This document shows positions 30,925 to 40,692 of a stretch of DNA of 64,000 bases, piece after piece (positions within the stretch are counted from its first letter, which is position 1; each line of letters opens with the position of its first letter). Source of the DNA: Candidatus Omnitrophota bacterium (GTDB lineage Bacteria; Omnitrophota; Gorgyraeia; Zapsychrales; Fredricksoniimonadaceae); the NCBI GenBank assembly GCA_021731625.1, contig JAKFXC010000058.1, positions 815 through 64,814 on the forward strand, in the 5' to 3' direction. A model generated the notes under the pieces. It was not told where the DNA came from. It saw only the letters and a list, made by a program, of their open reading frames with translations, and did not search any database. The position numbers were made by a program, and so were the translations under genes.

Positions 30925-32387
30925 CCAGTGTCATTGCCTCGGCGGCGGCGTTGGTGTTGGCCTATCCTCAAATCGAATGGGCGCCGCTGGTGTGGGTGGC
31001 TTTGGTGCCGTTGTTATTGATCTTCGACGGAAAAAGCCCGCGACGCCCGCGCGCTGCTTTTGGCTGGTTTTACCTGTGCGGCTTGCTTTTTTTCTTTAGC
31101 ACCGTGGGCTGGTTTGTGTATGTGACGTGGGTGGGGGCGGTGGCGCTCATTGCCTATTTAGCCGTGTATTTTGGTCTGTTCGGCCTGGCGGTCAAATTTT
31201 TTCAACCCCTGCCGTTTTGTTGCCGCTTGCTGGTGTTACCGTCGGTGTGGGTGGGCCTGGAATACGCGCGCAGCCATGTGATCACCGGATTCGGGTGGGT
31301 GGGCTTAGGCCACAGCCAGTATAAAAATCTGCTGCTCATCCAAATTGCCGATTTGACCGGCGCCTATGGCGTGTCCTTCTTAATCGTCCTGGTCAATGTG
31401 CTTATTGCCGGAAGCATTAAGCATCCGGCTTTAAATCTCCGTAAAGCCCAGATCGCGGTCATTGGAGTTTTATTGTGCGCCTTCGGGTATGGATTTTGGC
31501 GCCTGGCCTACTTTCCGCAATATCCGACGGTAACGGTCGGCGTGGTGCAGCCCAACATTCCGCAGGAACTCAAATGGGACAATCGTTTGCAGCCGCTGAT
31601 TGTGGACAAGACCATTGCAGTGACCAAACTGCTGCGTAATTCTAAAGCCGATCTGATTGTATGGCCGGAAACCGCGCTTCCCGGCGTGACCAGCGAAGTG
31701 CCGCATCTGATGAGTGCTATAGAGCGCACCGCCCAGGATCTGCACTTGCCGCTGCTCGTCGGCGCCATTACCGACGAGAAAAAACATTATTTTAACTCGG
31801 CATATTTGGTTTCCGCCAAGGGAGAGCTCAGCGGACGCTACGACAAGATCCATTTGGTCCCGTTTGGCGAATACATGCCCCTGCATCCTTGGCTGGATTG
31901 GTTGAATAATTTTGTGGGCTTGGAGGATTTCACCTCGGGCAGCAAGTACACCATTTTGCAGGCGGGGCCAGGCAAACCCTTCGGCGTTTTGATTTGTTTT
32001 GAAGACACCCTGGGTTATCTGTGGCGCAATTTTACCAATGCGGGGGCAGGGTTTTTGGTGAACATGACCAATGACGCCTGGTTTAAGGACACCAAAGCCC
32101 CGTTTTTGCATTTGCAGCCGGCGGTGTTCGGATGCGTGGAGAATAAGCGCAGTCTGGTGCGCGCCGCCAATACCGGCTTTAGCGGCTTCATCGATCCGTT
32201 GGGCCGCGTCCTTGCCGCTGTGCATGATGGGCATGGCAAAATGACCTTTGTCCAGGGCGTGTCTCTGGCGCGGGTTCCGGTGGCGACCGAAAAGACCTTT
32301 TATACAAAATATGGAGATGTTTTTACTTGGGCCTGTTTCTTGGTTATACTATGGGGGATGGCCCAAAGGAGAAGAACATATGTCTAA
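30909..32387 (+). CDS. lnt: apolipoprotein N-acyltransferase
   Basis: N-terminal polytopic TM region plus a CN-hydrolase domain ([13 protein letters not shown]...VWPETALP...ICFED). Confidence 0.85.
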   Translation: MLRPITSVIASAAALVLAYPQIEWAPLVWVALVPLLLIFDGKSPRRPRAAFGWFYLCGLLFFFSTVGWFVYVTWVGAVALIAYLAVYFGLFGLAVKFFQPLPFCCRLLVLPSVWVGLEYARSHVITGFGWVGLGHSQYKNLLLIQIADLTGAYGVSFLIVLVNVLIAGSIKHPALNLRKAQIAVIGVLLCAFGYGFWRLAYFPQYPTVTVGVVQPNIPQELKWDNRLQPLIVDKTIAVTKLLRNSKADLIVWPETALPGVTSEVPHLMSAIERTAQDLHLPLLVGAITDEKKHYFNSAYLVSAKGELSGRYDKIHLVPFGEYMPLHPWLDWLNNFVGLEDFTSGSKYTILQAGPGKPFGVLICFEDTLGYLWRNFTNAGAGFLVNMTNDAWFKDTKAPFLHLQPAVFGCVENKRSLVRAANTGFSGFIDPLGRVLAAVHDGHGKMTFVQGVSLARVPVATEKTFYTKYGDVFTWACFLVILWGMAQRRRTYV

Positions 32388-32745
32388 AAAAATTCTGATT
32401 GTCGACGATGATGCCGGTGTCCATTTGATTGCCACACCCATCTTGACCCAAAAGGGGTATGAGGTGGTGTCCGGGAAGAGCGGAGAACAGGGCCTGCAGC
32501 TGGCGCTTTCCCAGAGGCCGAACTTGATTATTTTGGACGTCATTATGCCTGGCATTAAGGGGCGCGATTTATGCACCAAGATCAAGTCCTATGAAGTGCT
32601 GCGCAAAATCCCCGTCGTGTTCTTGACCGCCAAGAGTTCACCCGATGACTTGCAGGCCGAAATGATGGCCGGCGGCGTTGCGCATTTGACCAAACCCATC
32701 GATCCCCAGCAATTGCTGAAAACTGTCCAATTGCTCCTCGGATGA
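32380..32745 (+). CDS. single-domain response regulator (CheY-like receiver)
   Basis: [15 protein letters not shown]...LIILDVIMPGIKG...LTAK. AAAGGAG RBS. Confidence 0.7.
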   Translation: MSKKILIVDDDAGVHLIATPILTQKGYEVVSGKSGEQGLQLALSQRPNLIILDVIMPGIKGRDLCTKIKSYEVLRKIPVVFLTAKSSPDDLQAEMMAGGVAHLTKPIDPQQLLKTVQLLLG

Positions 32746-33665
32746 ACAAAGAAGTCAATAAAAAGACAAAGCGGGCCTTCACCCGGTGGGCCTACTATGG
32801 ATTCTCCTGGCTGTTTAAGGTTTTGCCTTATTCCGTCATCCAGGGCATGACCGGTGTGCTTTTGCCGACGGGATATATGGTCCTGAAAGGCATGCGCAAA
32901 TCCGCCAAAGACACCTTGCGCATGGCTTTGGGTCAGGAAAAATCAGCCGCCGAATTGGAGGAAATTTGCAGGGAATGTTTTTATAACGCCGGCCGCGGGG
33001 CCATTGAACTGGGCACGTACAACACCCGGCCGCACATGATTGCGGAAAGATTCCGTTTTGACGGTGACTCGCGCAGACACCTCGATGCTGCGCTTAAAGA
33101 GGGCAAGGGGGTGCTGGGCGTGTCGGCGCATTTTGGCAATTTTCCGCTCATGCTTTTGTATTTGTCCCAACTGGGTTATCCCACCAATGCCATCATCCGT
33201 CCCAGCCGCGACCCAAAAATCGAAGAGCACTTTCAGGAATCCCGCACCCGTTTGGGTCTTAAAACCATTCTTAGTTACCCACGGGAAACCTGCGTCTCCC
33301 AATCGATCAAGTGTTTGCGGGATCAGGAGCTTTTGGTTGTGCTGTTGGACCAAAACACGGGCAGCAAAAGCGGGATATATGTGGATTTTTTTGGACAGAA
33401 GGCAGGGACCGCCACGGGCCCCATCATTTTTGCCTTGCGCACGGGGGCGCCGCTGTTGCCGATGTTCACCATACGGGAGAACGCAACTCACCATAAGCTC
33501 GTGATTGAGCCGCATTTTTACCTTGAGAAAAAGGCCACCGATGAGGAGACCTTGCAGTATAATGTGCAAAGAATCACCAACATCATCGAGGGGTACATCC
33601 GTCGCTATCCCAGCGAATGGGGATGGATGCACCGGCGCTGGAAGAGCAAACCTAAAAATGGATAA
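32742..33665 (+). CDS. lipid A biosynthesis acyltransferase (LpxL/HtrB family)
   Basis: LABLAT-family pattern HFGNFPLM...DQNTG...PTGPIIFALRTGAPLLPM. Confidence 0.65.
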   Translation: MNKEVNKKTKRAFTRWAYYGFSWLFKVLPYSVIQGMTGVLLPTGYMVLKGMRKSAKDTLRMALGQEKSAAELEEICRECFYNAGRGAIELGTYNTRPHMIAERFRFDGDSRRHLDAALKEGKGVLGVSAHFGNFPLMLLYLSQLGYPTNAIIRPSRDPKIEEHFQESRTRLGLKTILSYPRETCVSQSIKCLRDQELLVVLLDQNTGSKSGIYVDFFGQKAGTATGPIIFALRTGAPLLPMFTIRENATHHKLVIEPHFYLEKKATDEETLQYNVQRITNIIEGYIRRYPSEWGWMHRRWKSKPKNG

Positions 33666-33825
33666 GAAAATATTGTTTACCTTGGGGTTCTTGTTGGTCG
33701 TGCTTGGCATAACGCTGGTCTTGCGCAATTGGCCGGCCGCTGTCATCGTTTTTAAAGGCGTTGTCCCGGCCGCCATCGCCGTGGCAGGACTGGTGATGAT
33801 GTTTGCCGCTTCCTTGAAAGCCTAA
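33658..33825 (+). CDS. small two-TM membrane protein (about 55 aa)
   Basis: MDKKILFTLGFLLVVLGITLVLRNWPAAVIVFKGVVPAAIAVAGLVMMFAASLKA, wedged between lpxL and the HAD gene. Confidence 0.3.
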   Translation: MDKKILFTLGFLLVVLGITLVLRNWPAAVIVFKGVVPAAIAVAGLVMMFAASLKA

Positions 33826-34478
33826 TGGTTGGCCTCGTGATTTTTGATTTGGACGGGACCTTGGTCAATGCCTACCCTGCCGTCAGCCAGAGCATCAATT
33901 TTACTTTAAAAAGGTTAGGGTTGCCGCTCCGTTCTAACGAGGAGATCAAGCGTTCGGTCGGATGGGGCGACCGGCATTTGTTGACTGGTTTTGTGGGCCA
34001 ATCCCTGGCAGCTCAAGCCCTGCGCATTTACCGCCGGCATCACACTCAGGCTTTGCGCAAAACCGGCGGGGTCACGTTCCTTCCCGGCGCCAAAGCCCTG
34101 ATCGAATATTTAAAAAAGAAGGGGTTTCGTTTGGCCATCGCTAGCAACCGCCCGACGAAGTTTACCTTAATTATTTTGAACGGCCTCAAAGCCCGGGGCT
34201 GTTTTGACAAAGTTTTGTGCGCCGATCGAGTGCCGCGGCCTAAACCTGCGCCCGATCTGGTAAATACCATATTGCGCCAATTGAAGGTCCCCCGGGACCA
34301 GGCCTTGTACGTGGGGGACATGACCATTGATGTGCATACCGGCCGCCGGGCGCGCGTCCGCACCATTGCCGTGGCCACTGGCTCCAGCACCGTCAAAGAG
34401 TTGAAGGCCTTGAAACCTCTCCGGGTCATTAACAAAATTACTCAATTGAAAAGCATTATTGATGTGCTAGCATATTAA
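33825..34478 (+). CDS. HAD-superfamily hydrolase (phosphoglycolate-phosphatase-like)
   Basis: VIFDLDGTLVNAY motif I; AIASNRP motif II; YVGDMTIDVHTGRRA motif IV. Confidence 0.7.
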   Translation: MVGLVIFDLDGTLVNAYPAVSQSINFTLKRLGLPLRSNEEIKRSVGWGDRHLLTGFVGQSLAAQALRIYRRHHTQALRKTGGVTFLPGAKALIEYLKKKGFRLAIASNRPTKFTLIILNGLKARGCFDKVLCADRVPRPKPAPDLVNTILRQLKVPRDQALYVGDMTIDVHTGRRARVRTIAVATGSSTVKELKALKPLRVINKITQLKSIIDVLAY

Positions 34479-34479
34479 T

Positions 34480-34884
34480 ATGCGTTGCGGCACCTGCAAA
34501 TATCTTCAGTCAATGGTTCTGGCTCTGGTTATCTCCATCGGAGTCAGTGGTTGCGCGGCAGGGATTATGGTGGCGGTGGGGGCAGGTGCTGTGGGCGGAT
34601 ACGCTGTCAGCCGCGACTCGGTGGAAGGGGTCAGTGCCAAATCCCAGGACGAGCTTTGGGACGCCGCCCAAAGAGTCGCATCCATTATGGGGAACATCGA
34701 TGACAGCGACCGCCGCCGCAGCCAAATCGCCGCCCGCATCAACGGCGCCAATGTCGATATCACCATCCTTCCGGTCAATCTCACCAACACCAAACTGCGC
34801 ATCAAAGCCCGCAAAGGCATCTTTCCCAGCATCGGCGTAGCCCAGGAAGTCTACGCCAAGATCCTCAACCAACTAGAAGAGTAA
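34480..34884 (+). CDS. hypothetical lipoprotein
   Basis: LALVISIGVSGCAAG lipobox; small soluble domain. Confidence 0.4.
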   Translation: MRCGTCKYLQSMVLALVISIGVSGCAAGIMVAVGAGAVGGYAVSRDSVEGVSAKSQDELWDAAQRVASIMGNIDDSDRRRSQIAARINGANVDITILPVNLTNTKLRIKARKGIFPSIGVAQEVYAKILNQLEE

Positions 34885-34930
34885 TTATGTGCTAGCCAGT
34901 GTAACCCGAATTAAAGTGGGGCCATCGTTG

Positions 34931-34959
34931 TTGACATTCCGGGAAGAATAATGTAAATT
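34931..34959 (+). promoter_or_regulatory. sigma70-type promoter upstream of tRNA-Phe (TTGACA, 17-nt spacer, TAAATT)
   Basis: Consensus-like hexamers with 17-bp spacing, about 110 nt upstream of the tRNA. The leader contains a 9-bp hairpin (GCCCTTGCT...AGCAAGGGC). Confidence 0.45.
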
Positions 34960-35070
34960 GGTGCGCTGTTGCACGTCGCCGCCCTTGCTTTCCTAGAAAT
35001 TACTCATGAGCAAGGGCAGGCTCGATCTTCTCTAGAAGAATTTGAAATAGTAACATTGTGGTAGATCTTC

Positions 35071-35143
35071 GCCGAGTTAGCTCAGGTAGTAGAGCGCAGG
35101 CCTGAAAAGCCTGGCGTCCCCAGTGCAAGTCTGGGACTCGGCA
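35071..35143 (+). tRNA. tRNA-Phe(GAA)
   Basis: Cloverleaf by eye: acceptor GCCGAGT/ACTCGGC; anticodon loop CTGAAAA; T-arm CCCAG TGCAAGT CTGGG. Note A18 and G55 (see findings). Confidence 0.8.
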
Positions 35144-35374
35144 CTTTTTCTTCTTGGCACAATTTCACTTGGCTGGCCTGGGTTTACACGGTGAGTGCCG
35201 CCCGCCTTCGACTCCTAGCCAGACCTTCTGCTCTTACACCAAACCCCAGCCGGGCCCAGCATGTACATCCCGTCGTTTGAGACCATCCACAATAGTATAT
35301 AGATACTAAAGCTTCCCGTCCGGGGCTCTTTTTTTGGTCTTTTCCTCGAGGATATGGTATATTTCCATTACTCT

Positions 35375-35995
35375 ATGAAAAAGAACCCGTTACAGGCTTT
35401 TATCATTTTAGTCGTTTCGGCAGGGCTCATGTATGCCCTTTATGCTCTTGCTGTAACGGCGTGGCAGCTGTATGTGCGCCAGACCGAGATGATTGTTCAT
35501 CTGGACAATCTAAACACCAAATTGGATGGTATAGAGGCCGCTATCAAAGAGCTTGGAGCTTCGCAAAAAAGTTTAAAGGAAGCTCTGGTCCTGGAAAAAA
35601 AAGTCAAGGACAAGAAAATCTTGGACCTGGCGTCGTACCTGCGCAAACGTTCGGCCCAAGAGGGCCGCGCCTTTCGTCTGTTGGAAACCCAGACCCGCAA
35701 CGTGTCCGCGTCCATGGGCTCCCTGGAAGGCAAGACCAAACGATGGGTGAATGACAGTGTCATTGCCATGTCTTCCCTGGAGCTTGGCATCAGGTCCTTA
35801 AATGATAAGCTGACCCCGGTGCTGGATTCCCGTTTGCCCCAACTTGAGCACGCCTACGAAGACCTTTACCGCGAGCACATGCGGTATCTGGCCTTGACCA
35901 AGTCGTTGACCCGCGACCTGGATCAAAAAGTCCAACAACTCCGCGAAGACGTTACCCGCCAGCAAGACCAAGTCCTCGACGTTATTGCAAAATAA
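35375..35995 (+). CDS. membrane-anchored coiled-coil hypothetical protein
   Basis: One N-terminal TM helix followed by heptad-rich sequence. Lies between two tRNA genes. Confidence 0.35.
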   Translation: MKKNPLQAFIILVVSAGLMYALYALAVTAWQLYVRQTEMIVHLDNLNTKLDGIEAAIKELGASQKSLKEALVLEKKVKDKKILDLASYLRKRSAQEGRAFRLLETQTRNVSASMGSLEGKTKRWVNDSVIAMSSLELGIRSLNDKLTPVLDSRLPQLEHAYEDLYREHMRYLALTKSLTRDLDQKVQQLREDVTRQQDQVLDVIAK

Positions 35996-36064
35996 TCTTG
36001 CCGCAGACTTACCTTGACGCTGTTGTGAAAATCCGCTATAAAAGAGCTTTAATGCATCATCTGT

Positions 36065-36137
36065 GCCGACGTAGCTCAGTTAGTAGAGCAGCTGTTTCGT
36101 AAACAGCAGGCCGGAGGTGCAATTCCTCTCGTCGGCT
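36065..36137 (+). tRNA. tRNA-Thr(CGU)
   Basis: Acceptor GCCGACG/CGTCGGC; anticodon loop TTCGTAA; T-arm GGAGG TGCAATT CCTCT; followed by a T-run. Confidence 0.8.
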
Positions 36138-36170
36138 TTTTGTCAGCTCCATTCTTAACCTGGAGGAACA

Positions 36171-36638
36171 ATGCGTGTTGCGCTGCTGGTGTGTTGTGTG
36201 GTTTTGGTGGCCGGCCACAGCTTTGCGGAAACGGTCAAAGAACGTCTCCGTCGGGCCCAGAGGGGGGAAGCGGCCCCTCAACCGCAAACGGGATTGCCTC
36301 AACCGACTGCGATCGCAGACCTGCCGCAGGCAAAACGGGCGGCGAACAATGCCTTGGCACGAGCCACCTTGCGTTCCATGTCCAAGGCGGCGGAAGCTTA
36401 CGCAAGAAAGAATAATGGGGCCTACCCTACATCAGCCCAAGACCTGACAGAGGGCAAGCGGCCGTATTTAAACACGACCTACTGCGGCCAAACCATCGCG
36501 GGCTATATTTACGAATGTTTTTTTAGTGCCGAGACTTATAAATTTAGCGCCACCCCGGTCCAGGTGGGGGTCACCGGCACCAAGGCATATACGATATTGC
36601 CCGGTGGCGTGTTTGAGCGCCCAGCCGCAGCAGGTTGA
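36171..36638 (+). CDS. exported protein with a pilin/pseudopilin-like globular domain but a Sec signal peptide
   Basis: MRVALLVCCVVLVAGHSFA signal peptide; ANNALARATLRSMSKAAEAYARKNNGAYPTSAQDL resembles type IV pilin heads. Confidence 0.3.
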   Translation: MRVALLVCCVVLVAGHSFAETVKERLRRAQRGEAAPQPQTGLPQPTAIADLPQAKRAANNALARATLRSMSKAAEAYARKNNGAYPTSAQDLTEGKRPYLNTTYCGQTIAGYIYECFFSAETYKFSATPVQVGVTGTKAYTILPGGVFERPAAAG

Positions 36639-36713
36639 TTTTCTCCCCGAGACAGGTGTAAAAATTTCCGCATATTTGCTTGGCGCCTTTTTTCCCCATG
36701 CTATACTGCTTTT

Positions 36714-37916
36714 ATGCGGTCTTTATTTTGCTTTTTTATTTTATTTTTGCTCGGCAGCTCGTCCTCTGATGCCTCCCTCGGAAATTTCGCCCATGCCCGG
36801 CCATCGGGGTGCAGCGTTAAGCACCAGTCCATGGGCTGGGATGATATTTGTTGCACCAGCTACCGGGAGGAGACCCTCAAGGCCGTCGAGAGTGCCCTGG
36901 ACGAAGCGGAGGATGTCCTTGCGGAACGGCGCGAACCTGTGATGGCGAAGTCCTCCCCTTCAAAGTCCAAAGTTCCTAGAGAGGCTGAGGTTGTGGACGA
37001 GGGATACGACTTTAACGATTCGGAGACCGATGTGGAATCGCCGGCCGTTGAGGTGTATGCCAATTCCGACCCGAAACCTAAAAAGCTTAAGAAACCCTCC
37101 AGACCTTTTTGGCACCGACCGACCCGGACCACGGAACCCAGCCCCCGCCACGTGCATACCTTTTCCTTCGACGCGGAACCTTTTTATTACAACTATAAAG
37201 ACCAGGACCAGATCAGCAGTAAGGGTTATATGCTCGGGTATAATGCCGAATATGCGTACCGGCCGCTGGAAGGTTCTCTCATGAACACGGGGATCGTGGA
37301 CGTGTACGGCGTCAGCTTTCACTATGCTTCCGGCGATTTAGATTTCAAAACATCCAGCTTCGGGAGCATCCCTGATAAACGAAACAGCATGTTTGAAGTC
37401 CGGGGGCTGCTCGGCAAAGACATTGCGCTCAGCGAAGAGGTGTCGATGACCCCATACCTGGGCATAGGTTACCGGTCGTTGCTTGATGAAGGTAATCTGC
37501 GCGTCACCACCTCGAGTTTTTATTATTACGACCGGCATTCTCGATATACGTATCTTCCTTTGGGCATCAACGCCTCCGCGCCCCTCGGGCCGCTGTCCGC
37601 AGATGTCAACCTGGAATGGGACATATTTCTTAAAGGCACCCATGTCAGCGATTGGAGCATCGGCAAACAATTCTCCAGCATCACTAATCCAAATGTCAGC
37701 AACAAGCAGAAAGATGGTTTTGGCTTGCGCGGCTCCATAAGGTTCTCTTATATGTTGCCGAATAAATTGAATATTTATGCCGAGCCGTTCGTCCGTTATT
37801 GGAAAATCAAGGCGTCCGATACGAAACGAGTCTCCATCGACGGATCCTTAACGAATATCAGCGTCCCTACCAACCGAACCACGGAAATCGGTTCCAAATT
37901 CGGGCTTATCTTCTAA
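36714..37916 (+). CDS. putative outer-membrane beta-barrel protein
   Basis: Hydrophobic N-terminus; alternating amphipathic strands; C-terminal ...SKFGLIF ending in Phe. Confidence 0.4.
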   Translation: MRSLFCFFILFLLGSSSSDASLGNFAHARPSGCSVKHQSMGWDDICCTSYREETLKAVESALDEAEDVLAERREPVMAKSSPSKSKVPREAEVVDEGYDFNDSETDVESPAVEVYANSDPKPKKLKKPSRPFWHRPTRTTEPSPRHVHTFSFDAEPFYYNYKDQDQISSKGYMLGYNAEYAYRPLEGSLMNTGIVDVYGVSFHYASGDLDFKTSSFGSIPDKRNSMFEVRGLLGKDIALSEEVSMTPYLGIGYRSLLDEGNLRVTTSSFYYYDRHSRYTYLPLGINASAPLGPLSADVNLEWDIFLKGTHVSDWSIGKQFSSITNPNVSNKQKDGFGLRGSIRFSYMLPNKLNIYAEPFVRYWKIKASDTKRVSIDGSLTNISVPTNRTTEIGSKFGLIF

Positions 37917-37938
37917 TTCCCGTGTTATAATTCTTTTT

Positions 37939-39354
37939 GTGTCCGTAACTAGAATTGCCACGATCGCGCTGTTGGTCTTTGCCGCCTACGGGTGCATGTT
38001 GTTTGCGCCGTTTAAGACCTTGGACGATCAGTATTCCATCGTCCGCAATCCTCTCCTGAGAGAATCCTCTCACCCTGCCGAAATATTCAAGCAAGGCTAT
38101 TTCCGCGACCATTCGTATTACCGTCCGCTGGTCAATTTGAGTTTCCGCATCGAGTATCAATTATTCGGGTTAAAATCTTTTTTTTACAACTTGGACAATG
38201 TGCTCTTGCACATTATGAATGCGCTCCTGGTGTGGGCCGTGGTGGCGGCGCTGGTCAATCTGGAAGTGGGCTTCTGGACCGCCTTGCTGTTTGCTATCCA
38301 TCCGGTGCAGTGGGAGGCGGTGGCCAATATTTCCGGCCGGGCCATTTTAATGGGTACGTTTTTTTCTTTGATCAGTTTTTGGGCTTATTTAAGGGAATTG
38401 CGCTGGCTGGCGGTGGTTGGTTTTGCCCTGGCCCTCTTGTGCAAGGAATCCTCGGCGGTGCTGCCCGGCATTTTATTTTTGCATTCCTTAATTTTTCATC
38501 GCCGGGTGTGGGCGCTATGGCCGTGGGCGGTGGTGCTCGGCCTGTATGTTTGGCTGCGGCACGCGCTGCACATCACGGAATTTTTCCCCTGGCGCAACAC
38601 CCAGGAACATGCTTTGGGGATCTTGACGTTTGCACGTTCCATGATCACGCACATACGCCTGTTTTTTGCACCGGTGGATTTGCATTTTGACCGTTCGCTG
38701 AAATTGTTTGATCATTTTTGGCAGGCCGGGGCGCTCTTGACCATGGGATTTTGGTTGGCGGTGGCTGGCAGCTTGGCAGCAGCCCGTAAAAAAATAACTG
38801 GGCTGCAATGGCTGGCCCTGGGCTGGTTTGGTTTGTGTTTTTTGCCGGTGTCGCAGATTGTCACCACGATCGGGGTGCAGCCGGGATACATGTCCACGGC
38901 GGAGCACTTCTTGTATTTTGCCTCGGTGCCGGTGCTTATGCTGGCCGTGCAGGCCTTGCTGCCCATGCGTAACCTGATTGTCAAAGTTGCCCTAGTCGGG
39001 TTTTTGGGCTTTTTGTTTGTCACCACCATCGAGCAGAATTTTTATGCCACCAGCGAATTGGCCATGATGGAACGCTCTTTGCGTTATCAACCCAACAATG
39101 CCCGCTTGCAATGCTCGGTGGGTCTGGTGTATGCTTTGGCGGGCCGTTTCCCGCAGGCGGAGGCGCATTTTAGGGCCGCGGTGGCCAGCGAGCCGTTTAA
39201 CCCGCGGTATCTGATTGCTTTGGGCAAGTCGGTGTGTGACCAGGGCCGCATTGAGGAGTGCCTGCGCATTTATGATGCGATCCCTGACCCCGGAGGGTTT
39301 GCGACGCTGCTTGAAGGCAATCGCAAGGCTGCCCTGGCACAGTCGAAAAGATAA
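37939..39354 (+). CDS. PMT/ArnT-like (GT39/GT83-type) polytopic glycosyltransferase with C-terminal TPR repeats
   Basis: About 11 TM helices with LFAIHPVQWEAVANISGR; C-terminal TPR-like YQPNNARLQCSVGLVYALAGRFPQAEAHF. Confidence 0.5.
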   Translation: MSVTRIATIALLVFAAYGCMLFAPFKTLDDQYSIVRNPLLRESSHPAEIFKQGYFRDHSYYRPLVNLSFRIEYQLFGLKSFFYNLDNVLLHIMNALLVWAVVAALVNLEVGFWTALLFAIHPVQWEAVANISGRAILMGTFFSLISFWAYLRELRWLAVVGFALALLCKESSAVLPGILFLHSLIFHRRVWALWPWAVVLGLYVWLRHALHITEFFPWRNTQEHALGILTFARSMITHIRLFFAPVDLHFDRSLKLFDHFWQAGALLTMGFWLAVAGSLAAARKKITGLQWLALGWFGLCFLPVSQIVTTIGVQPGYMSTAEHFLYFASVPVLMLAVQALLPMRNLIVKVALVGFLGFLFVTTIEQNFYATSELAMMERSLRYQPNNARLQCSVGLVYALAGRFPQAEAHFRAAVASEPFNPRYLIALGKSVCDQGRIEECLRIYDAIPDPGGFATLLEGNRKAALAQSKR

Positions 39355-39370
39355 AAGGAGATAAAATACC

Positions 39371-39931
39371 ATGAGAAGTGTATGCACCGTCTGGTTCCTA
39401 TTGTGTTTTACCGCATCAGCTTTTGCCTTTGGGTTGGGGAGCTTGGAAATAACGCCCGTCGAGCCGTCTCTGTGTGGTGAACACAGCATGGTGGTGGTCA
39501 GCGGCCAGTCCGTGCGACTGACCGCACGCAGCTTTGCGCCATCATCTCCCGTGGAAATCCACTATCAAGTGGGCATTAACACGCCCCATGAGAAGATCGC
39601 CGATGCCACCGCCGACCCTGAGGGCAATGTGGACGTGACGGTCACGGTGCCGGAGAGCCAGGGTCTTCGAACGATAGGCGCATTTTATGTCCAAGGGAAG
39701 GACTCTTCGGGCGTTGACAGAATCCCCAGCATGGGAATGGTTGTGCAGACTTCGTTGCCCCAACAGGATATTGACAGTGATGGGATTCCCGACCTTTGTG
39801 ATAATTGCCCGGATGTCGCGAATACTGATCAAGCCGACCGCGATCAAGCTGGCGCCGGCGATGTGTGCGATGCCAACCCAGATGAATTGAGTTCGGATGA
39901 TAATACAGTTATGCAGCAGTTATTGAAATAA
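39371..39931 (+). CDS. exported protein with thrombospondin type-3 calcium-binding repeats
   Basis: Signal peptide; DIDSDGIPDLCDNCPDVANTDQADRDQAGAGDVCDANPDE. Confidence 0.5.
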   Translation: MRSVCTVWFLLCFTASAFAFGLGSLEITPVEPSLCGEHSMVVVSGQSVRLTARSFAPSSPVEIHYQVGINTPHEKIADATADPEGNVDVTVTVPESQGLRTIGAFYVQGKDSSGVDRIPSMGMVVQTSLPQQDIDSDGIPDLCDNCPDVANTDQADRDQAGAGDVCDANPDELSSDDNTVMQQLLK

Positions 39932-39957
39932 GCGAGCGGAGAAATGCGCACCTCTCT

Positions 39958-40692
39958 ATGAGCAATTATAAAAGACTTGTCTTTTTTATAATTCTAACGG
40001 GCTGGCCAAATTTAACGTTCGCCGCCGATGCATTTCAACAACAATTGCAAGCACAAGCTGCCAAGGGATGGTCTGTAGATCAGCTTCCTGAAGCAGAGAG
40101 GGACTTTGTCCAGAAATACATGGAGGCCATCAATTCCAGAAATGAGGCCGCTCTTAGAGAGTTAGTACATCCAAATGTCCAGCTATACATGAATGGAGAA
40201 AACTCCGATTATTTCGACTATGCGTTTTCGCCTAACTGGGGAGATTCCATTCCTGTCAATGCGCGGATATCCCTGTCCGCCATAACAGTTCCCGGCTTGG
40301 TTGAACGCTACCAGCGAGCCAAAGAGGCCGGCATGGAATACCCTGCCAGGCCTACACACCAGCTGGAGATTATTAGTTCGTCCCGGCGAGAGGTCAGTGT
40401 TTCCGACTATAGCGACTCTGTATCTATCTGGACCATTTACTTGGTAAAAGAAGGAGACGGCTTTTTTATGACTATGCCCTGTCCAACCGATGAGGGCCTT
40501 AGCAAATGGCGGCAAAGCACCGCGCCGATGATTAAATTTTTGGTCTCCGCATTGAAGGATCCTTTGCGTGCAGAGCTCAAAGACCTGATAGAGAGGGGAA
40601 TGGACGATCTGGCGTATCGAAAGTACAGTCAGGAATTCAAACGGAGCATATTCATCGCTAAACAGGTTTTATCGGAGTTTGAACCACCGTAA
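39958..40692 (+). CDS. exported hypothetical protein
   Basis: Signal peptide FIILTGWPNLTFAADA; no recognisable motif. Confidence 0.3.
   Translation: MSNYKRLVFFIILTGWPNLTFAADAFQQQLQAQAAKGWSVDQLPEAERDFVQKYMEAINSRNEAALRELVHPNVQLYMNGENSDYFDYAFSPNWGDSIPVNARISLSAITVPGLVERYQRAKEAGMEYPARPTHQLEIISSSRREVSVSDYSDSVSIWTIYLVKEGDGFFMTMPCPTDEGLSKWRQSTAPMIKFLVSALKDPLRAELKDLIERGMDDLAYRKYSQEFKRSIFIAKQVLSEFEPP

Noticed and set aside
35150-35350. Possible sRNA between tRNA-Phe and the coiled-coil gene (small hairpin plus T-run at about 35305..35330).
   Set aside because: Only a weak stem (CCCG/CGGG) and no recognisable family signature (not tmRNA, SRP, 6S or RNase P by eye). Insufficient evidence.
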